From Lama guanicoe (taxonomy: Eukaryota): a stretch of 64,000 bases of DNA. The translations under genes and the position numbers were made by a program. This document shows, piece by piece, positions 25,900 to 40,400 of this stretch (its first letter is position 1; each line of letters opens with the position of its first letter). A model generated the notes under the pieces. That model did no database searches and was not told the origin of the DNA. It worked only from the letters and a program-made list of their open reading frames with translations. The stretch covers positions 137,319 through 201,318 of the forward strand of contig MU054166.1 of assembly GCA_013239625.1 (NCBI GenBank), given 5' to 3'.

Positions 25900-27500
25900 T
25901 GTATGCACATTTTAGTATAATATAGCCTATAATCTCTTTAAAATCATTTAAATTATTAAAATATTTCTCTGTGCTGTAAATATAGCTCCTTTGGTTCTCT
26001 TATTTATAACTAGTAGCTTGCATATTTCTGTTTTCCCTCTCCTTCTTCCCTGTCACCAGCCACTACTCAGTGCACTACACATATATGTGACTTTGTTTCT
26101 TTTTTTATGATTATTTCTCTTATATATTTTGTTTCCTCATGGAAATGGTAACATAGAGTGTTTTTCTCTGTATAACTTAATGTGATATGTGCAACACTAC
26201 CTGGGTCCAGTCAAATTGTTTCAAATGGCAGAATTTTATTTTTTGATTTGACAATGACTAAGTACTTATTATGTTATCTATACCTCACATCTACTTCAGC
26301 CAATCATCTGTTGATGGGAAGTTGATTTGTGCTTATATACTTGGCCATTATAAATGATGATGATAAGAACATTGGGGTAATATATCCTTTAAAGTAAATG
26401 TTTTCATTATTTTCAGATTTATAACAAAAACTGGAATTGCTGCAACATATAATGTTTCTATTTCTAGTTTTCTTAGCACTGTCCACACTTTTATAATAGT
26501 GGATGCATCAATTTATATTTCCACCANNNNNNNNNNNNNNNNNNNNTCCATTTTATTTCATATTAATGTTTGTCATTTCAAGACATTTTTAATAGACATT
26601 TTGGTTGCTGTGAGATTATATTTCATTCTGGTTTTGATTTAAGTTTTCCTAAAGAATAGCAATGTTATGTTTTATGTATGTGCATGAAAGTCATCCAAAT
26701 GTCTGTTTTTGAAAAGTTTCCATGAATATCCTTCAACTGATTTTAAGAAGGTTACTTTGTATTTTAAATAATGAGTCTAATATGCTATATATACATTATG
26801 GATATTAACACCTTGTTGGTTTCATAGACTGAAACTCTTCCTTCTATTCTGTGTGTTGTAATAAGTTTTGCTGAAGGTTTCCTTTGCTCTGCAAAAGGTT
26901 TTCCATTTCACACTTATGCAAGAAGTGGAATCACTGTATCACATAGAAAATCTATTTTCCCTCAGTATAAGTAAAAACTGTTATTGTTAGTTTTCCTTTT
27001 TTTTTTAATTAGGAGATAGATCAAAAATAAATATTACTATAATTTATCACAAAAGCAGTTCTGGTCCTGTTATTGTTCAGAAATTGTATAGTTTCAGGTT
27101 TTACATTAAGGAAATTAATCGATTTCTATTTTATTTTGTATACTATGGAAGGCAGTGTTATTACATCTCATTTTACATGTAATTACCAGTTTTCCCAGAA
27201 CTGCTTTTTGAAAAGACTGCCTTTTTTCCATTGTATACTCTTGCCTCATTCATTGTAGACTAATTGACCATATATGTGTGTTTTTATTTTAGGACTCTAT
27301 TTTGTTCCATTTATCTATCTGAAACTTTTAGTGACATATTTTGATGTTTTGATTACTGTAGCTTTGTAGTATGTTTTAAAGTCAGGGAGGATAATACCTA
27401 CAGCTTTGTTCATTTTTCAAAGATAATTTAAAAAATTTGGGTCTTTCAGAATTTAGTATAAATTTTATTATTTTTCTCCTTGTTTTGTGAAGAAACATAT
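25900..27500 (-). mobile_element. Old L1 3' fragment
   Basis: Antisense ORF2 C-terminus and 3' UTR (catctgttgatggg..., ttggccattataaat). Confidence 0.75.
26527..26546. other. Assembly gap (20 N)
   Basis: Run of N. Confidence 1.
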
Positions 27501-27509
27501 GGATTCTGT

Positions 27510-30500
27510 GAGAATAGAAATTTACTAAAAGATGAAAATGAGAAAAATTGTAAAGTTTGGAGGATAAACCACACAATATTAAACAACCAATGGATTGCTG
27601 CATAAATCAAAGAAAAAATACATAAAGAAATATAACAACAAAAACAAAGTCCATGTGATATAGCAAAAGCAGTATTAATAAGGATGCTTATAGCAAAATA
27701 ATCCCACTTAAACAAATAAGAAACATCTCTCTCTTATAACATAATCTTACAAACAAAAGATGTAGCAAAATAATAAACAAACTTGCTAGTAGAAAGAAAG
27801 ACAGCTGAAAGGTCAGAACATAAATACATAAAATATAGATTAAAAATAGAAACATCAAAACAAACTACATAAAGGCCTTTGAAAGATAAATAAAACTGAT
27901 AAACTTTAACGAGACTCATGAGTAGAAAGAGTACAGATTAAAAAGCTCCAAAATAAATGAGAAGTTACAGCTTATATCAAAGTAACACAAAGCATGATAA
28001 GATAATGCAACAAATTATATGCCAATTAAAATGGAACCCCTGGAAGAAATGGGCAATTTCTTAGAAAGACCAAATCTCCAGAATAGAATGAGAAATATAA
28101 AATATTAACAGATTATCACTAATGAAATAGAATAAGTAATTTAACAAAATCTCCCAAGAAACAAAATTCCAGGCCTAGACAGTTTCACGGGTGACTTCTG
28201 TCAAACATTTAGAGAAGAGTTATCACCTACACTTCTCAGAGAATTCCAAAAATTTGCAGAGGAAAGAAGGTTCCAACCCCCCTTTCTGTATTACACTACT
28301 ACTAAAACAGGAACAAATACCTCATCAAATTACAGTTGAAATAATACTGATAAGCATACATGAAAATAACATGAATAAATATTAGCAAAGCAAACAATAC
28401 ATTAAAAGGATTATACAGTATGATTAAGTCCCTTTTATCCCAGGGATGCAAAAGTTATTCATTACCCAGAAATTAATCAATATGATACACCAAACTAACA
28501 AATTGTAAAATAAAAATTATAAGGCCACCTCAAAAGACCCATAAAATTTATTGACAATTACAGTATCTATTTATGATTATATTTCTCCTCAAAATGGTTA
28601 TGAGGAAACTTACCTCAACACATTTAAGGTCACATATGACAAGAACTCAGCTAACATGACACTCACTGATTAAAAGCTCAAAGCATCTGCTGTAAGAGCA
28701 GGCAGAAGTCAAGAATGTTTACACTTACCACTGATATTCAGTATCGTATTGGAAATTCTAGCCATAGCTATCCAAAATAAAAGTAAATAAAATATAGCTA
28801 TTTCAGAAAAGGAGTAAAAGAATGTGTTTGCAGATGAAATTCTTTAAACAGAAATCCTAAAGGAGACGCCACAATACTACGATGTCTTTTCAATGCATTT
28901 GGTAAAATTTCAGAATGTGAAAAAAACATACAGAAATCTTGCATTTCTACACACTAACAATAAGCTAACAGATAGAGTAAGTGAGGGAACTGTTTCATTC
29001 ACAGTTGCATTACAAAAAAAAAATCAAGAAATTTATCCAACCAAGTAGGTAAAAGACCTGTTCTCATAAAACTATAAAAGATGTATAACAGAAATTGAAG
29101 ATAATGCAACCAGGTGAAAGTATATACTGTGTTCATAGATGAGTAAGAAAATATTGTTTAAATGACAGTACTAGCCAAGAAAATACACAAATTAACTTCA
29201 GTGCCTATCAAAATACAAATGGCATTTTCAGACACTTACAAAAAATAAGTATTAAATATATATGTAAACACAAAAATTTGAAATCACTAAAAACTAAGAA
29301 AATAAAGGAAATGAACAAACTACAAACACAAACAAGTTTGACAAAGAACAAAGAGGATGTATCACTGTCCCTGATTTTAAACAATAATACAAAGCTACAC
29401 CAATGATTATGGTAGTGGCACAGAACAAAGAGAATAATGGAACAAAACAGAATGCCTAAAAATGAAATCAGACAGTTATGATCATTTAGTCCATTACAAA
29501 AAAAATGAATATACAGTGGGGGAAAGTTAATCAATAGGCACATGAAAATAGTTGACATCACTAACCATCAGAAAAAAGCAAGTCCAAAACACAATGAGAT
29601 ATTATATCACTCCTGTCAGAATGACTATGGTCAAAAATGTAACAAATATAAATATTGGTGAGGATGTAAGAAAAAGCACACTGCTGCACTGCTTAAGTGA
29701 ATATAAATTTGTGCTGCCACTGTGGAAAACAGTATGGAGATTTATCTATAAATTAAAAATGAAATATGATCCAACACTTCCATATCTACATTCTTATACC
29801 AAGAAAATAAAAACACAAATCAGAAAAGATAAATTCAACCCTATATTCACTGTGGCATTATTTACAAAAGCCAGGCTATAGAAGCAAATTAATTGCTCAT
29901 CAATAGATGATGGATAAAGAAGATGTATGTTTCTAGTATATATATCTAACCATCTATTAACTACAGAAATATCTATATTTATATATATATATATACACTA
30001 AACATTATATATATATGTATATTTATATATATGCACACACACACATAAAATTACAATGGGTTATTACTCAGCTATAAAAAAATAAGTTCTTGACATTTGC
30101 AAAAAATGGGTAGACCAAGAGGGTAATATGCTAACTGAAATAAGTGAGATAGATATTGACAAATGAAGAATGGTTTTACTCATATTTGGAATTTAAACAA
30201 ATGAACATAACAAAACAGAATAGTGGTTATAGATATAGAAAGAAACAGGTTGCTCACAAGAAGGAGGGAAATGTGGAGAAGAAAAACATATAGTTGAGGA
30301 AAATTAAGAGAGAAAATTTTACAGTTGCAAATTAAATGAGTCAGGGATAAGAAATGTACTGTGTGGGGAATAGTAAATAACTATGAAATATTTCTAAATA
30401 GCAACATATCATAACTAGATTTATTTTTGTGATCAGTTAGAAATCTATTGAAATAGCAAACATTATGTTTGTAAGAGAAACTAACACAGAGTTATAGATT

Positions 30501-30890
30501 AATGTACACTTCAAAAACAAACACACGTATAGAAAAAACTTAGATTTGTAGTTAACCAAATCAGGGGTTGGGAAAGGAGAATTTGATTAATGCACTCAAA
30601 AGCTACAAACCTCCAGCCGTAAAATAAACGTGTTCTAGTGACATGTAATTGCAATTAATACTGCATTGTGTTCTATATGAATGTTGTTAAGAGAGTAGAC
30701 AATAAGTTTTCTCATCACAACCAAAAGACAAATTGTATTTCTTTAAAATTGTATCTAAATGAGATAATGAATTCTCCCTAAAGTTGCTATGATATTTATT
30801 TCTTGATAATTATAACTCAAATCACTATCCTGTGCACCTAAAATTACACAATGTTTTATGCCAATTATATGTAAATAAAAGTGGAAGTAA
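27510..30890 (+). mobile_element. Old L1 ORF2 plus 3' UTR sequence (possibly two stacked 3' ends)
   Basis: ORF 29552-29881 resembles the ORF2 C-terminus (TMRYY.TPVRM, LWKTVWRF); AATAAA at ~30874. Confidence 0.8.
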
Positions 30891-30899
30891 CAATGGCAA

Positions 30900-31900
30900 A
30901 TAAATGGTAATGTTTTCCCATGTCATTTATCATGACTGTTTTTGCAGCAAGTAAACTTGGGCCATGATATAATTATCCTAGGTAAAGATACTAATAAATA
31001 AGGGATTCTAATAAATTATACATAAAGATACTAATAAAATTAGTATTCTACCATGCTTAAACTTTCTTCATGTTAACAGCCCACTGCTTCTGTAGGCATC
31101 AAAATTTTACTCTGTGTATTCATCTGAGATTAGTGAATGGATACAAATTTAAAACTGGCTGCTGTTGCTGTAAGTGATAAAATTCACTGTCTCTGACCAA
31201 TGGTCTCATGTCCCCGACATTATCTGTAAGAAATGAACATGCTAGTTTGCTAAAAATCTCAGCATGGTGAAATCTCAGAACTCCTAAAATACTTAACTGT
31301 TTTGCAATGGGAATGCAATACTGACAAAGACTTGATTATAGATAACATTGTGGTGTGTTCTCATGGTTGCATTAAGGGATGTGATGATAATCCCTGAGAT
31401 CCACAACAAACATTCTTGCTCAAGTTCTGGGCAAAGAAGTGAAATGGTTCTGAATTATTAGGAATGAGGACTGCTTTCAAAATGATGACTATGCACACTC
31501 TATTCCAGGAAGTACAAGGAAAAAAGTCTATTGCAATTTCAAGGTGAATGGGAATAAGTCAGTGGTTCAGGCTCAATAAATTAGTCAACGGGTGTTCAAA
31601 GCCAAAGTAAGTTGTGTCAACAATGAGAATTAAAAGAAAAAAAAAACTTAGAAATAAACTTAAATTAAAAGAAACACAGTCCTATGCTGGGCTCTGGGGA
31701 CTGGAAAATATATATACCTCAGTCCAATTCAGGGGTTCAGTGGCTTGGCCCTATCATCAGCTCGGGATTCAGTGAACAGGTAACAATTTGTATATGGGGA
31801 GAAATATAATCTACCTCTCCCTAATCTGAAGAAAATCTGGTGGCCCAATGAAACTCTTAATTCACAGATATTCTGACAGATGCAGAGGAAAAATTCACTG
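30900..31900 (+). mobile_element. Ancient ERVL-class LTR (3' end ~31298) and probable adjoining internal sequence
   Basis: tgtctctgacc...tctcatgt...ggtgaaatctcagaactcc...cttaac resembles my recollection of LTR40-like 3' ends. Family not verified. Confidence 0.5.
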
Positions 31901-33951
31901 ATGACTCAACTAAGACAAACTTAGTTACTGCTTAACAATCCATCTTCACACACACACACACACAGTGGTAGACAGATTTGTAGTATTAAGTGGGAAGAAT
32001 TCAGGGGGCTGAGCTCAGAGAATAGTTTTCAAAGCACCAGGCAACTTTTGTACTTTTGCCAATAGTCTAGCTTTTCCCAGGTAGAAAACTACAGATGGAC
32101 AATCAAATAATATTCTTTCTTAGAATTTCTAATTTTGAAAGTAAACTGTAGCTTTTGACTTATCAGTATTGAACCTTGTTAAGATGATCACTGTAAGACC
32201 CACTGTCTGATAACAAAGCTGGAAACTAGCTACTGAAACAGTCCATATGAACCCCAAACTGCTAATGTAAGCAACAACATAGCCGCCATCAGAGTTCAGC
32301 GAAAAAACTTAAAAGCTTGATGTTTCTGTTGTAGGAATAACCACTGCTGTCCAGACACAGTTCTCATGCTCCAAGTGGGCTCTTTTCTTCTCTTGGTAAA
32401 GATCATATTGGTGGGATGTTGTTACAGCTTACCCTGGCAGATTTGCCCATTCTCCAGAATATCAAAGGCTTATCACAACTGGTGACACATTTTCAGAACT
32501 CAATGTTGCCATTCCAATCTTTCCAGCTGACACTAGCTGCATCATTGCGAGCAGAAGCCTTAGACTCCCTGACCTTGCCTACAATTTTTCCAGCATTTCA
32601 GGGCATTTCACATTCTGTAAATGCTTCACCTTTTATTTTAAATTAATGGGAAATTTTCAAACACTTCCATGAATATTTTATATTTCCTAATATCTGCAGA
32701 AATTTGGTATTCTTACAGCTGGACAAATTTTTAATTCTACCACCCTCACCTCCTTCTAGTCCACACGTTTTAGATTACAATTTTGTTACTGAATACCACC
32801 ACCCCAACGAAGGGGAAACTACCACTTAGATACTTACTTTGTGAAGGTTAGGAGGGGCACAAGTTATGTGGGGTGTATAAACCTACATTAAATATTTGCA
32901 ATGGCACTGTCTCTATGGACAAAGCTCTGATTCTAAGAAGTAAATTAATCATAAGGCATTAGAGTTGTAGGTATGGGGAAAAGTATCAGCTATTTTGGGG
33001 TGGGTGGGTGATTAAGGGACAGGAAAAAATCCAGCAAATGAGAATGGAAAGCTTTAGGCCTCTGGAGGAATGAATTAAGAAGAAAATACTACTTTGTCTC
33101 CTTTACCTAACTCCACTTACTGTCCTGAGTGACTACTCTTTGAGCAATGAAAGATCGAGTTTGTGGTGAAGAGAAAAGACTATAACGAAATAGTTTGAAA
33201 ACCATGAGAGTTTTGTTGTTTCAGGAAAGTAGATTTTACTTAAAGTCAACATGTATTTTTCATTCACTTAATACTAAAATGAATACTGTGACATGGAAAG
33301 AGCAGATAATAACACTGATGTTGCAGAGATGCATACCATTATATGAAATTACCAATAGCCAACAAATTGAATGACCTAGAACAACAGACACATTCCCAGA
33401 AACATATGTCTTCCATTACTGAATCAAGAAGTAATTAGAAAGTTAAATACAGCAAAGGTGTGTATGAGTAAATCAGTAATCCAAACCTCCCAAACCAGAA
33501 AAAATTTACAAGATGACTTTACTGGTGAATTGTGTCATATATTTTAACACAATTTTTCACCAATTCTTCCCCAAACCTTTCAAGAATTTGAATAGGGTGA
33601 AAGATTCCAAAGTTGTTTTATGATGCCAGCTATATTTGCATAACAAAGCAAGAAAGGACATTAGATGCAAAATATAGAACATTAACGCTGGTTAACATAT
33701 GTGCCAAAATTCTCAACAAAACACAAGCAAAATGAATTCAACAACACATTTAACATATCATACACATACATGAATACAGGGATTTATCCCTGGGTTTAAG
33801 GATACTTCAAAATATTCAAATCAATAAAGGTGACATGCCACATTAATAGAATGAGAAATAAAACTCACATAATCATCTCAATAGGTGCAGAAAGAGCATT
33901 ATATATAATGCAACATACTTTTAAGATACTCCCAACAAATAAAAATAACCC

Positions 33952-34390
33952 TGTAGGTGGCACGATACCATATACACACAAACACTGTGTGGACAGAAGC
34001 AGTTCAGCGTGTATTGATTCTTAGAAAAAGGGTTTATATAGGACATGCACAATGCCTCACATATCATCTAAGTTATAACAATGTTAATAATCTTAAACTA
34101 TTTATGTCCCCATGCTCCTGCAGTAAGCACAGGATGTTAAATGATCAAGGATTGTTTTAAAGTTCATCACGGAACTTCATTAAGTAGATCATCTCTTATC
34201 CAGCCGACTGTGCCTGTCTTAGGTTGTCCTCCTCTGAGTATCTTACCCAGCATAGGCTATCCAGCCATCCATACTGGATACATTGAGTAGGCCATTTCTT
34301 ATCCAGCCTGGATATGTTACATTCCTCACAGCTTGTTTATCAGTTCAGCCCATGGGCTTGTTCTCAAGAGCCTTCAGACAGGGGCTTACA
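33952..34390 (-). mobile_element. ERV solo LTR, unit B copy
   Basis: TGTAGG...CTTACA termini, flanked by AACCC and AACAC; aligns with 1762-2205. Confidence 0.88.
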
Positions 34391-34449
34391 AACACAAAAT
34401 CCCTAGACAGAAAAGTGGATGAAGAATATTTGGTGTATATATGCAATGG

Positions 34450-37400
34450 AAACAATACTTTACTTTCCTATCAACAGTGTCCACGGTGTTCATTTTTCTC
34501 CACAATCTCACCAACATCTATTTCTTTTCTTTTTGATGAGAGCCTTCTGACAACTGTGAGAACTTGTCTCATTTTTGGTTTAGGAAGTCCCTAATAATTT
34601 ATAACTCTGAACATAATTTCATGTGTCATTTAGCCAACTGTATGTTTCCTACAGAAAATTTATTCAGATCTATCTATTCAGTTCCTACGGACACTTTTTT
34701 TAGTTGGATTGTTTGGTCTTTTTTGTTGTTTGTTGGTGTATGACTTAGCCTTATAGTTGCATATTAACACTTGATTGGAAAATATCACTTGCAAATATAT
34801 TCTCCCATTGTGTCGGTTGAATTTTCATTTTAATGATCATTTTTTCTTTAGTGTAAATCTGTTTAGAGTGATACAATCATATTTTGTTAGTTTTGCTTCT
34901 GCTTCCCTTGCCAGAGGAGACATATGTAGAATCAAATTAAGTCCAATGTCAGAGTGTACTTCTTATATTTTACACTAGGATTCTTTGTTTTCAGGTTTTA
35001 TGTTTTATATGCCCAGGAGTGGGAATGCTGGGTTCATATGATAAGTCTATTTTTATTATTTTAAGGAACTTACATAGAGTTTCCAAAGTGTTTGCACCAA
35101 TTTTCATTCCCACCAACAGCGTTGGAGAGTTCCATTTTCTCCACAACCTCCCGAGAATTTATTTTTTGTAGACATTTGTATGACAGCACTTCTCAATAGT
35201 GTGAGGTAAAACATTATTTTATTTTTGTCTTGCATTTGTATAATGATTAGCAATGTGAGCACGATTTTATATTCCTGTTTGTCATCTGTTTGTCTTCTTT
35301 AGAGAATTGCCTTCTACTCATTCTCTGTCTGAGTTGTTTGCAGTTTCTTGCAATGGAGTTCTATGAACGATTTTTATATTTTAGCAATTAGCCATTTGTT
35401 GATTGCATTCTTTCCAAATGTTTTCTCCCATTTGGAAGTTCACCATTTCATTGTGTTTATTTTGCTGTGTAGAAGCTTTTAAGTTTAATTTGGATCTATT
35501 TGATTATTTTGCTTTTAATGTTTTCAGCTTGGAAGAGTGACATAAGAAAATTTCGCTGCAATTTATGTCTTGTTTTGCCTATGTAAGTTTCCAGGAGTTT
35601 TATTGTATCATGTATTAGATTCAGATATTTAAAGAATTTTGGGCTTATATTTGTACAGTGTGAGGGAGTATTCTAATTACATTGATTTACATGTTGCTCT
35701 CTACCTTCCTCAACATCACTTGCTGAAGACTGTCTTTTAGGCATTGTATATTTTTGTTACGTTTGTCATAGTTTATTTGACCATAGGTGTGATATTTTAT
35801 TACTGCCTCTGTGCTCTGTTCCAGGGATATAGATGTTTTTTTTTTTCCCAGCTTTGTGCTTTTTTGTTTTCTTTTTTTTAATTTATTCTGGATTCTGAGG
35901 GGGGTTAGGTTTTATCCCCCAAAATTTTTTTTTTTCCCTCTTTGTTTCTTTTGCAGTTCTGGTTCTTTTGCAGTTCCATACAAATCTGAGGACTGTTTTA
36001 AGTTCTGTGGAAAATATCACTTAGTTCAATCTGAATCACTTTATATCTGCAGACATCATTTGTAATATGTATATTTTAAAAATATTAATTCCTCTAAAAT
36101 AAGACCTTGAGATTACTTTCCATTTCTTTGCATCATGTTCAAATTTCTTTATCAGTGCCCTATTAATTTTATTATCTTGGATTTTTCATAGGTTTTTCAT
36201 TTTTATCTGATTTCATATGGATTTTTTAGAATAATGGAGTATTTCATTGTTAGTGTAAAGGAATGTGACAGTTTTTGTATATTAATCATGAATCATCCTA
36301 CTTTGCTAAATGTCTTTATTAATTTTAGTTGTTTTGGTGTGAAGAATCTTTAGGGTTCTCTATATAGATTATCATGTCATTTAAAATAATAACAGTTTTA
36401 CTTCATTCAATCCAAGTGGAATAATATTTTTTCTTGTACGATTGCTGTTGCTAGGACTTCCCTTAATTTGTTTAATAGAAATGGTGAGAGTGGGCATCCT
36501 TGTTTTATTCCTTAATTTGGGTTTCATTTATTCACTTTTGCATATTATGTTGTCTGTGGATCTGTAATTAATGACTTTAGTATTGTTGAGATAAATTTCC
36601 TGAATCCTACTTTGGTAAGGGTTTTTTGTTTTTATTGACTCTGCTGTTCTTGTTGTTGTTGTTGCTTCTGTATTAATGAATAAAATTTGAAGTTTGTGAA
36701 ATGATTTTTATCGATTTATTGGGATGACCACGTCATTTTCCCTTTTTCTTTTGTTAATGTGGTGTATCAAACTGATTGATTTCATGTAATTTCAACTTCT
36801 TTTATTACCCTGCAATGAATTAAAGTTGTTCATGTTGTATGATTCATTTTTTGTATTGCTGGATTTAGTTTTCTAATAATATTTTTTTGAATTTTTGCAT
36901 CTATATCAATCAAAAATATATGCTTGAAATTCTCTTTGCTTGTACTTTGTTTGTTGGCTTTACTATCTGGGTAATGAAAGGTTCATAAAATTAATTTGGG
37001 AATTTTCCACATCTTCACTATTTTTGAATAGTTTGAAGAGTATAATTTCTTCTTTTTATTTTTGTACAGTTTTCCACGGAAGCTGTTTAAATCTGCCCTA
37101 AAATATAACGATTTTTTTTTAAATGCAGATTCTATCTTTCTTCTAGTAATCAGTTTGTTCAAATTATTTATTTCTCCTTATCCCTGTCTATTTCCAGACA
37201 TTTGTATATTTCTTCTAAGTTGTCCCGTTTATTGGCATGTAAGTTTTGACAAAATGTTCCCTTTTTTGTATATCTGAGGGAACAATTGTTATTTCTCCAA
37301 TTTTATTTCTGAATTTATTTCTTTGGAGCATCACTGTTTTCTTCATGATGCACTTGGCTAGAGGTTTTTTGATTTTACTTATCTTAAAAAGAAAACAAAA

Positions 37401-37480
37401 AACAAAATCTTTTGTTTTACTACTCTTTTGCATAGTTGTTTTTTCTTTCTAATTTATATTTACACCTGTAATATTTAGGA
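34450..37480 (-). mobile_element. Old L1 ORF2 fragments, unit B copy
   Basis: Aligns with 2271-5270. Confidence 0.8.
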
Positions 37481-37485
37481 TCATA

Positions 37486-40400
37486 TTTTTTTTCTTTTTT
37501 AACTTCGTAAATTGATTTTTAATAATTTTAAAAGTTGTCTCAAATTCCATTGTAGAGCACAATTTTTTAGGTTCAATGAACATATATACATGTGTTGTCC
37601 CATTTTTTCCCCTGTGAGCTCCCATAAGATCTTTTATATATTTCCTTCTAATATAAAGTACAATCCTGATTATCTATTCTTCAATTTTGACCTCCCAGCC
37701 TATTTCTTCCCACACCCTACCCCTTGGCAACCTAAACTTTTATTCTCGGCCTGCGAGTTTATTTCTGTTTTGTATTTATGCATTTTTGGTTGGTTTGGTT
37801 TTGTTTTTAGATTCCACACATGAGCCATCTGATATCGTATTTTTCTTTCTCTTTCTGGCTTACTTCACTTAGACTGATTTTCTCCTGGACCATCCATGTT
37901 GCTGAAAATGGCATTATGTTGTCAGTGTATAAGAATGACTACTATTCCATTGTATAAATATAACACCTCTTCTTTATCCAGTCAACTGTCGATAGAAATT
38001 TAGGCTGTTTCCATGTCTTGGCTATTATAATTTTGCTGGATATGAAAATTGGGGACCTAGGCTTTTGAGGAATCTCCATCCTGTATTCCACAATGGCTGC
38101 ACCAAACTGTATTGCCACCAGCAGTGAAGGACAGTTCCCTTTATTCCACAGCCTCTCCATCATTTGTCATTTGTGGATTTTTGAATGATGGCCATTCTGA
38201 CTGGTGTGAGGTGATACCTCACTGTAGTTTTGATTTGCATTTCTCTGATAATCTGTGATATTGAGCATTTTCTGATGTGATTTTTGATCATTTGTATGTC
38301 TTCCTTGGAGAATTGCTTAATTAGGTCTTCTGCCCAATTTTGGATTATGTTGTTTATTTGTTCTTATTCAGTTGGATGAGCTTCTTATATACTCTGGAGA
38401 TCATGCCTTTTTCGGTTTCCTATGCAAATATTTTTCCCATTCCGTAGGTTGTCTTTTTGTTTTATTTCCGGTTCCTTTACTGTGCAAAAGCTTGTAAGTT
38501 TCATTAGGCCTCATTTGTTTATTCTTGCTTTTATTTCTTCTATGAGAAAATTTTCGAGATGTATGTCAGATTTTGCCTATATTTTCCTCTTAGAGCTTTA
38601 TTGTATCTTGTCTTATGTTTAAGAATTTTATCTATTTTGAGGTTTTTTTTTTTTATGGTGTTCTAGCTTCATTGGGAGTGTTCTAGCTTTATTGAATTAC
38701 ATGCTGCTGTCCAGTTTTCCCAACACCAGTTGCTGAAGAGTCTATCTCTCTTCCATTGTAATTTCTTGCCTCCTTTGTCTAAGATTAATTTACCAAACGT
38801 TTTTGGGTTCATTTCTCGGCTCACTATTCTGTTCCATTGACCTATATGTATGTTTTTCTTCCATTACAGTGCTGTCTTGTTGACTATAGCTCTATATTAT
38901 TATCTGAATCGTTAGCGTAAAGAAATGCCACTGATATTTGATGCATAATCTTGTAACCTGCTCCCTTGCTGAATTCTTTAATCAGTTGTAGTAAATTTTG
39001 TCTGGATCTTGTAGGGTTTTTTGTAGGTAGTAACATATTCTGTGCATATAGTGAGACTTTTACCTCTTCCTTTCCAATTTGCATCCCTTTTTCTTCTGTC
39101 TCTTGTTTGATTGCTGTGGATAGTACTTCCAAGACTATCTTGAGTAGGCGTCGTGATAGTGTGCATCCTTTTATTGTCCTAGATTTTAGTGGGAAGGATT
39201 TGACTTTCTCACCATTGAGCATTATGCTGGATGTAGGTTTGTTATCTATAGCTTTTATGATGTTGAGATATATTCCCTCTATGCCCAATTGGTGGGAGTT
39301 TTTATCACACGTGTATGTTGAATTTTATCAAATGCTTTTCCTACATCAATTGAGATGATCATGTGGTTTTGGTTCTTTCTCTTGTTGATGTGCTGTATTA
39401 CATTGATTGATTTGCATATGTTGAACCACCCCTGTGTACCTGGCATGATCCCCACTTGGTCATGGTTTATAATCATTTTTCTGTGTTGTTGGATTCTATT
39501 TGGTAATATTTTGGTGAGTAATTTGCGTCTGTGTTCATCAGTGATATTGGCCTATAATTCTCTCTGTTGGTAGTGTCTTTGCCTGGTTGTTGTATCAGGG
39601 TGATTGTGGTTTCATAAAATGACTTTGGGAGTATTCCTTCCTTTTCAATCGTCTGGAGGAGTTTGAGAAGTACTGGTATGAGTTCTTCTTTTATGTTTGG
39701 TAGAATTCCACAGTGAATCCGTCCAGTCCTGGACTGTTATATGTAGGGAGGTTTGATATTGCTATTTTGATTTCATTTAAAGTGCTCTGCTTTTTCCAGG
39801 TGTCAGTTATGTCTTGATTCTGTCTTGGTGGAGAGTATGATTCCAGAAATTTGTCCATCTCTTCTAGGTTATACAGTTTGGTTCAATATAATTTTCATAA
39901 AATTCTCATATGATATTCTGTATTTCTAATTTTTTGTGGTAATTTCTTCATTCTCCTATCTTATTTTGGTAATTTGTGCTCTCTCGCTTTTCTTCTTTTT
40001 GAGTTGGCCAGAGGTTTGTCGATTTTACTTACTTTTTGGAAAAACCAGCTTTTGAATTTGGTGATTTTTTCCTATGGTCATTTAAATCTCTATTTTATTT
40101 ATTTCCTCCCCAATATTTATGGTTTCCTTCCCTCTGCTGCCTTTTGGATTTTTGTTCTTCTTATTCTAATTCATTCTTCTGGTGGGTTAAATTGTTTATT
40201 TGTGGTTGTATTTCTTTTTTGAGGATGGAGTGTATCACTAAAAGCTCCCCTCTCAGCAATGCTTTCGCTGTGTCCCATAAATTTTGTGGGGTTTGCTTTC
40301 ATTTTCTTTTGTCTCAAGGTACATTTTCATTTCAGCTTTGATTTCTTCATTGACCCATTAGTTTTTAAAAACATATTGTTTAATCCCCATGTTTTCCTTT

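Larger units (their letters stand above)
1108..33295 (+). repeat. Amplicon unit A (HSFY-less copy)
   Basis: Colinear with 33297-53927: same order of L1 fragments, LTRs and unique sequence, and shared private deletions. Confidence 0.93.

Noticed and set aside
25900..30890. Twin-priming inversion at the minus/plus L1 switch near 27500 (also near 58690)
   Set aside because: The oppositely oriented pieces cover overlapping L1 coordinates and I found no enclosing TSD, so separate insertions fit better.
32150..32650. XKRY-like or other membrane-protein pseudogene suggested by hydrophobic translations
   Set aside because: There is no sustained similarity to XK-family sequence as I recall it, and the open frames differ between the two paralogues.
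35821..35960. Local hypermutated patch in unit B
   Set aside because: Differences from A (~3630-3780) mostly extend homopolymers (T, G and C runs), a pattern typical of low-quality read ends. Probably a consensus error.
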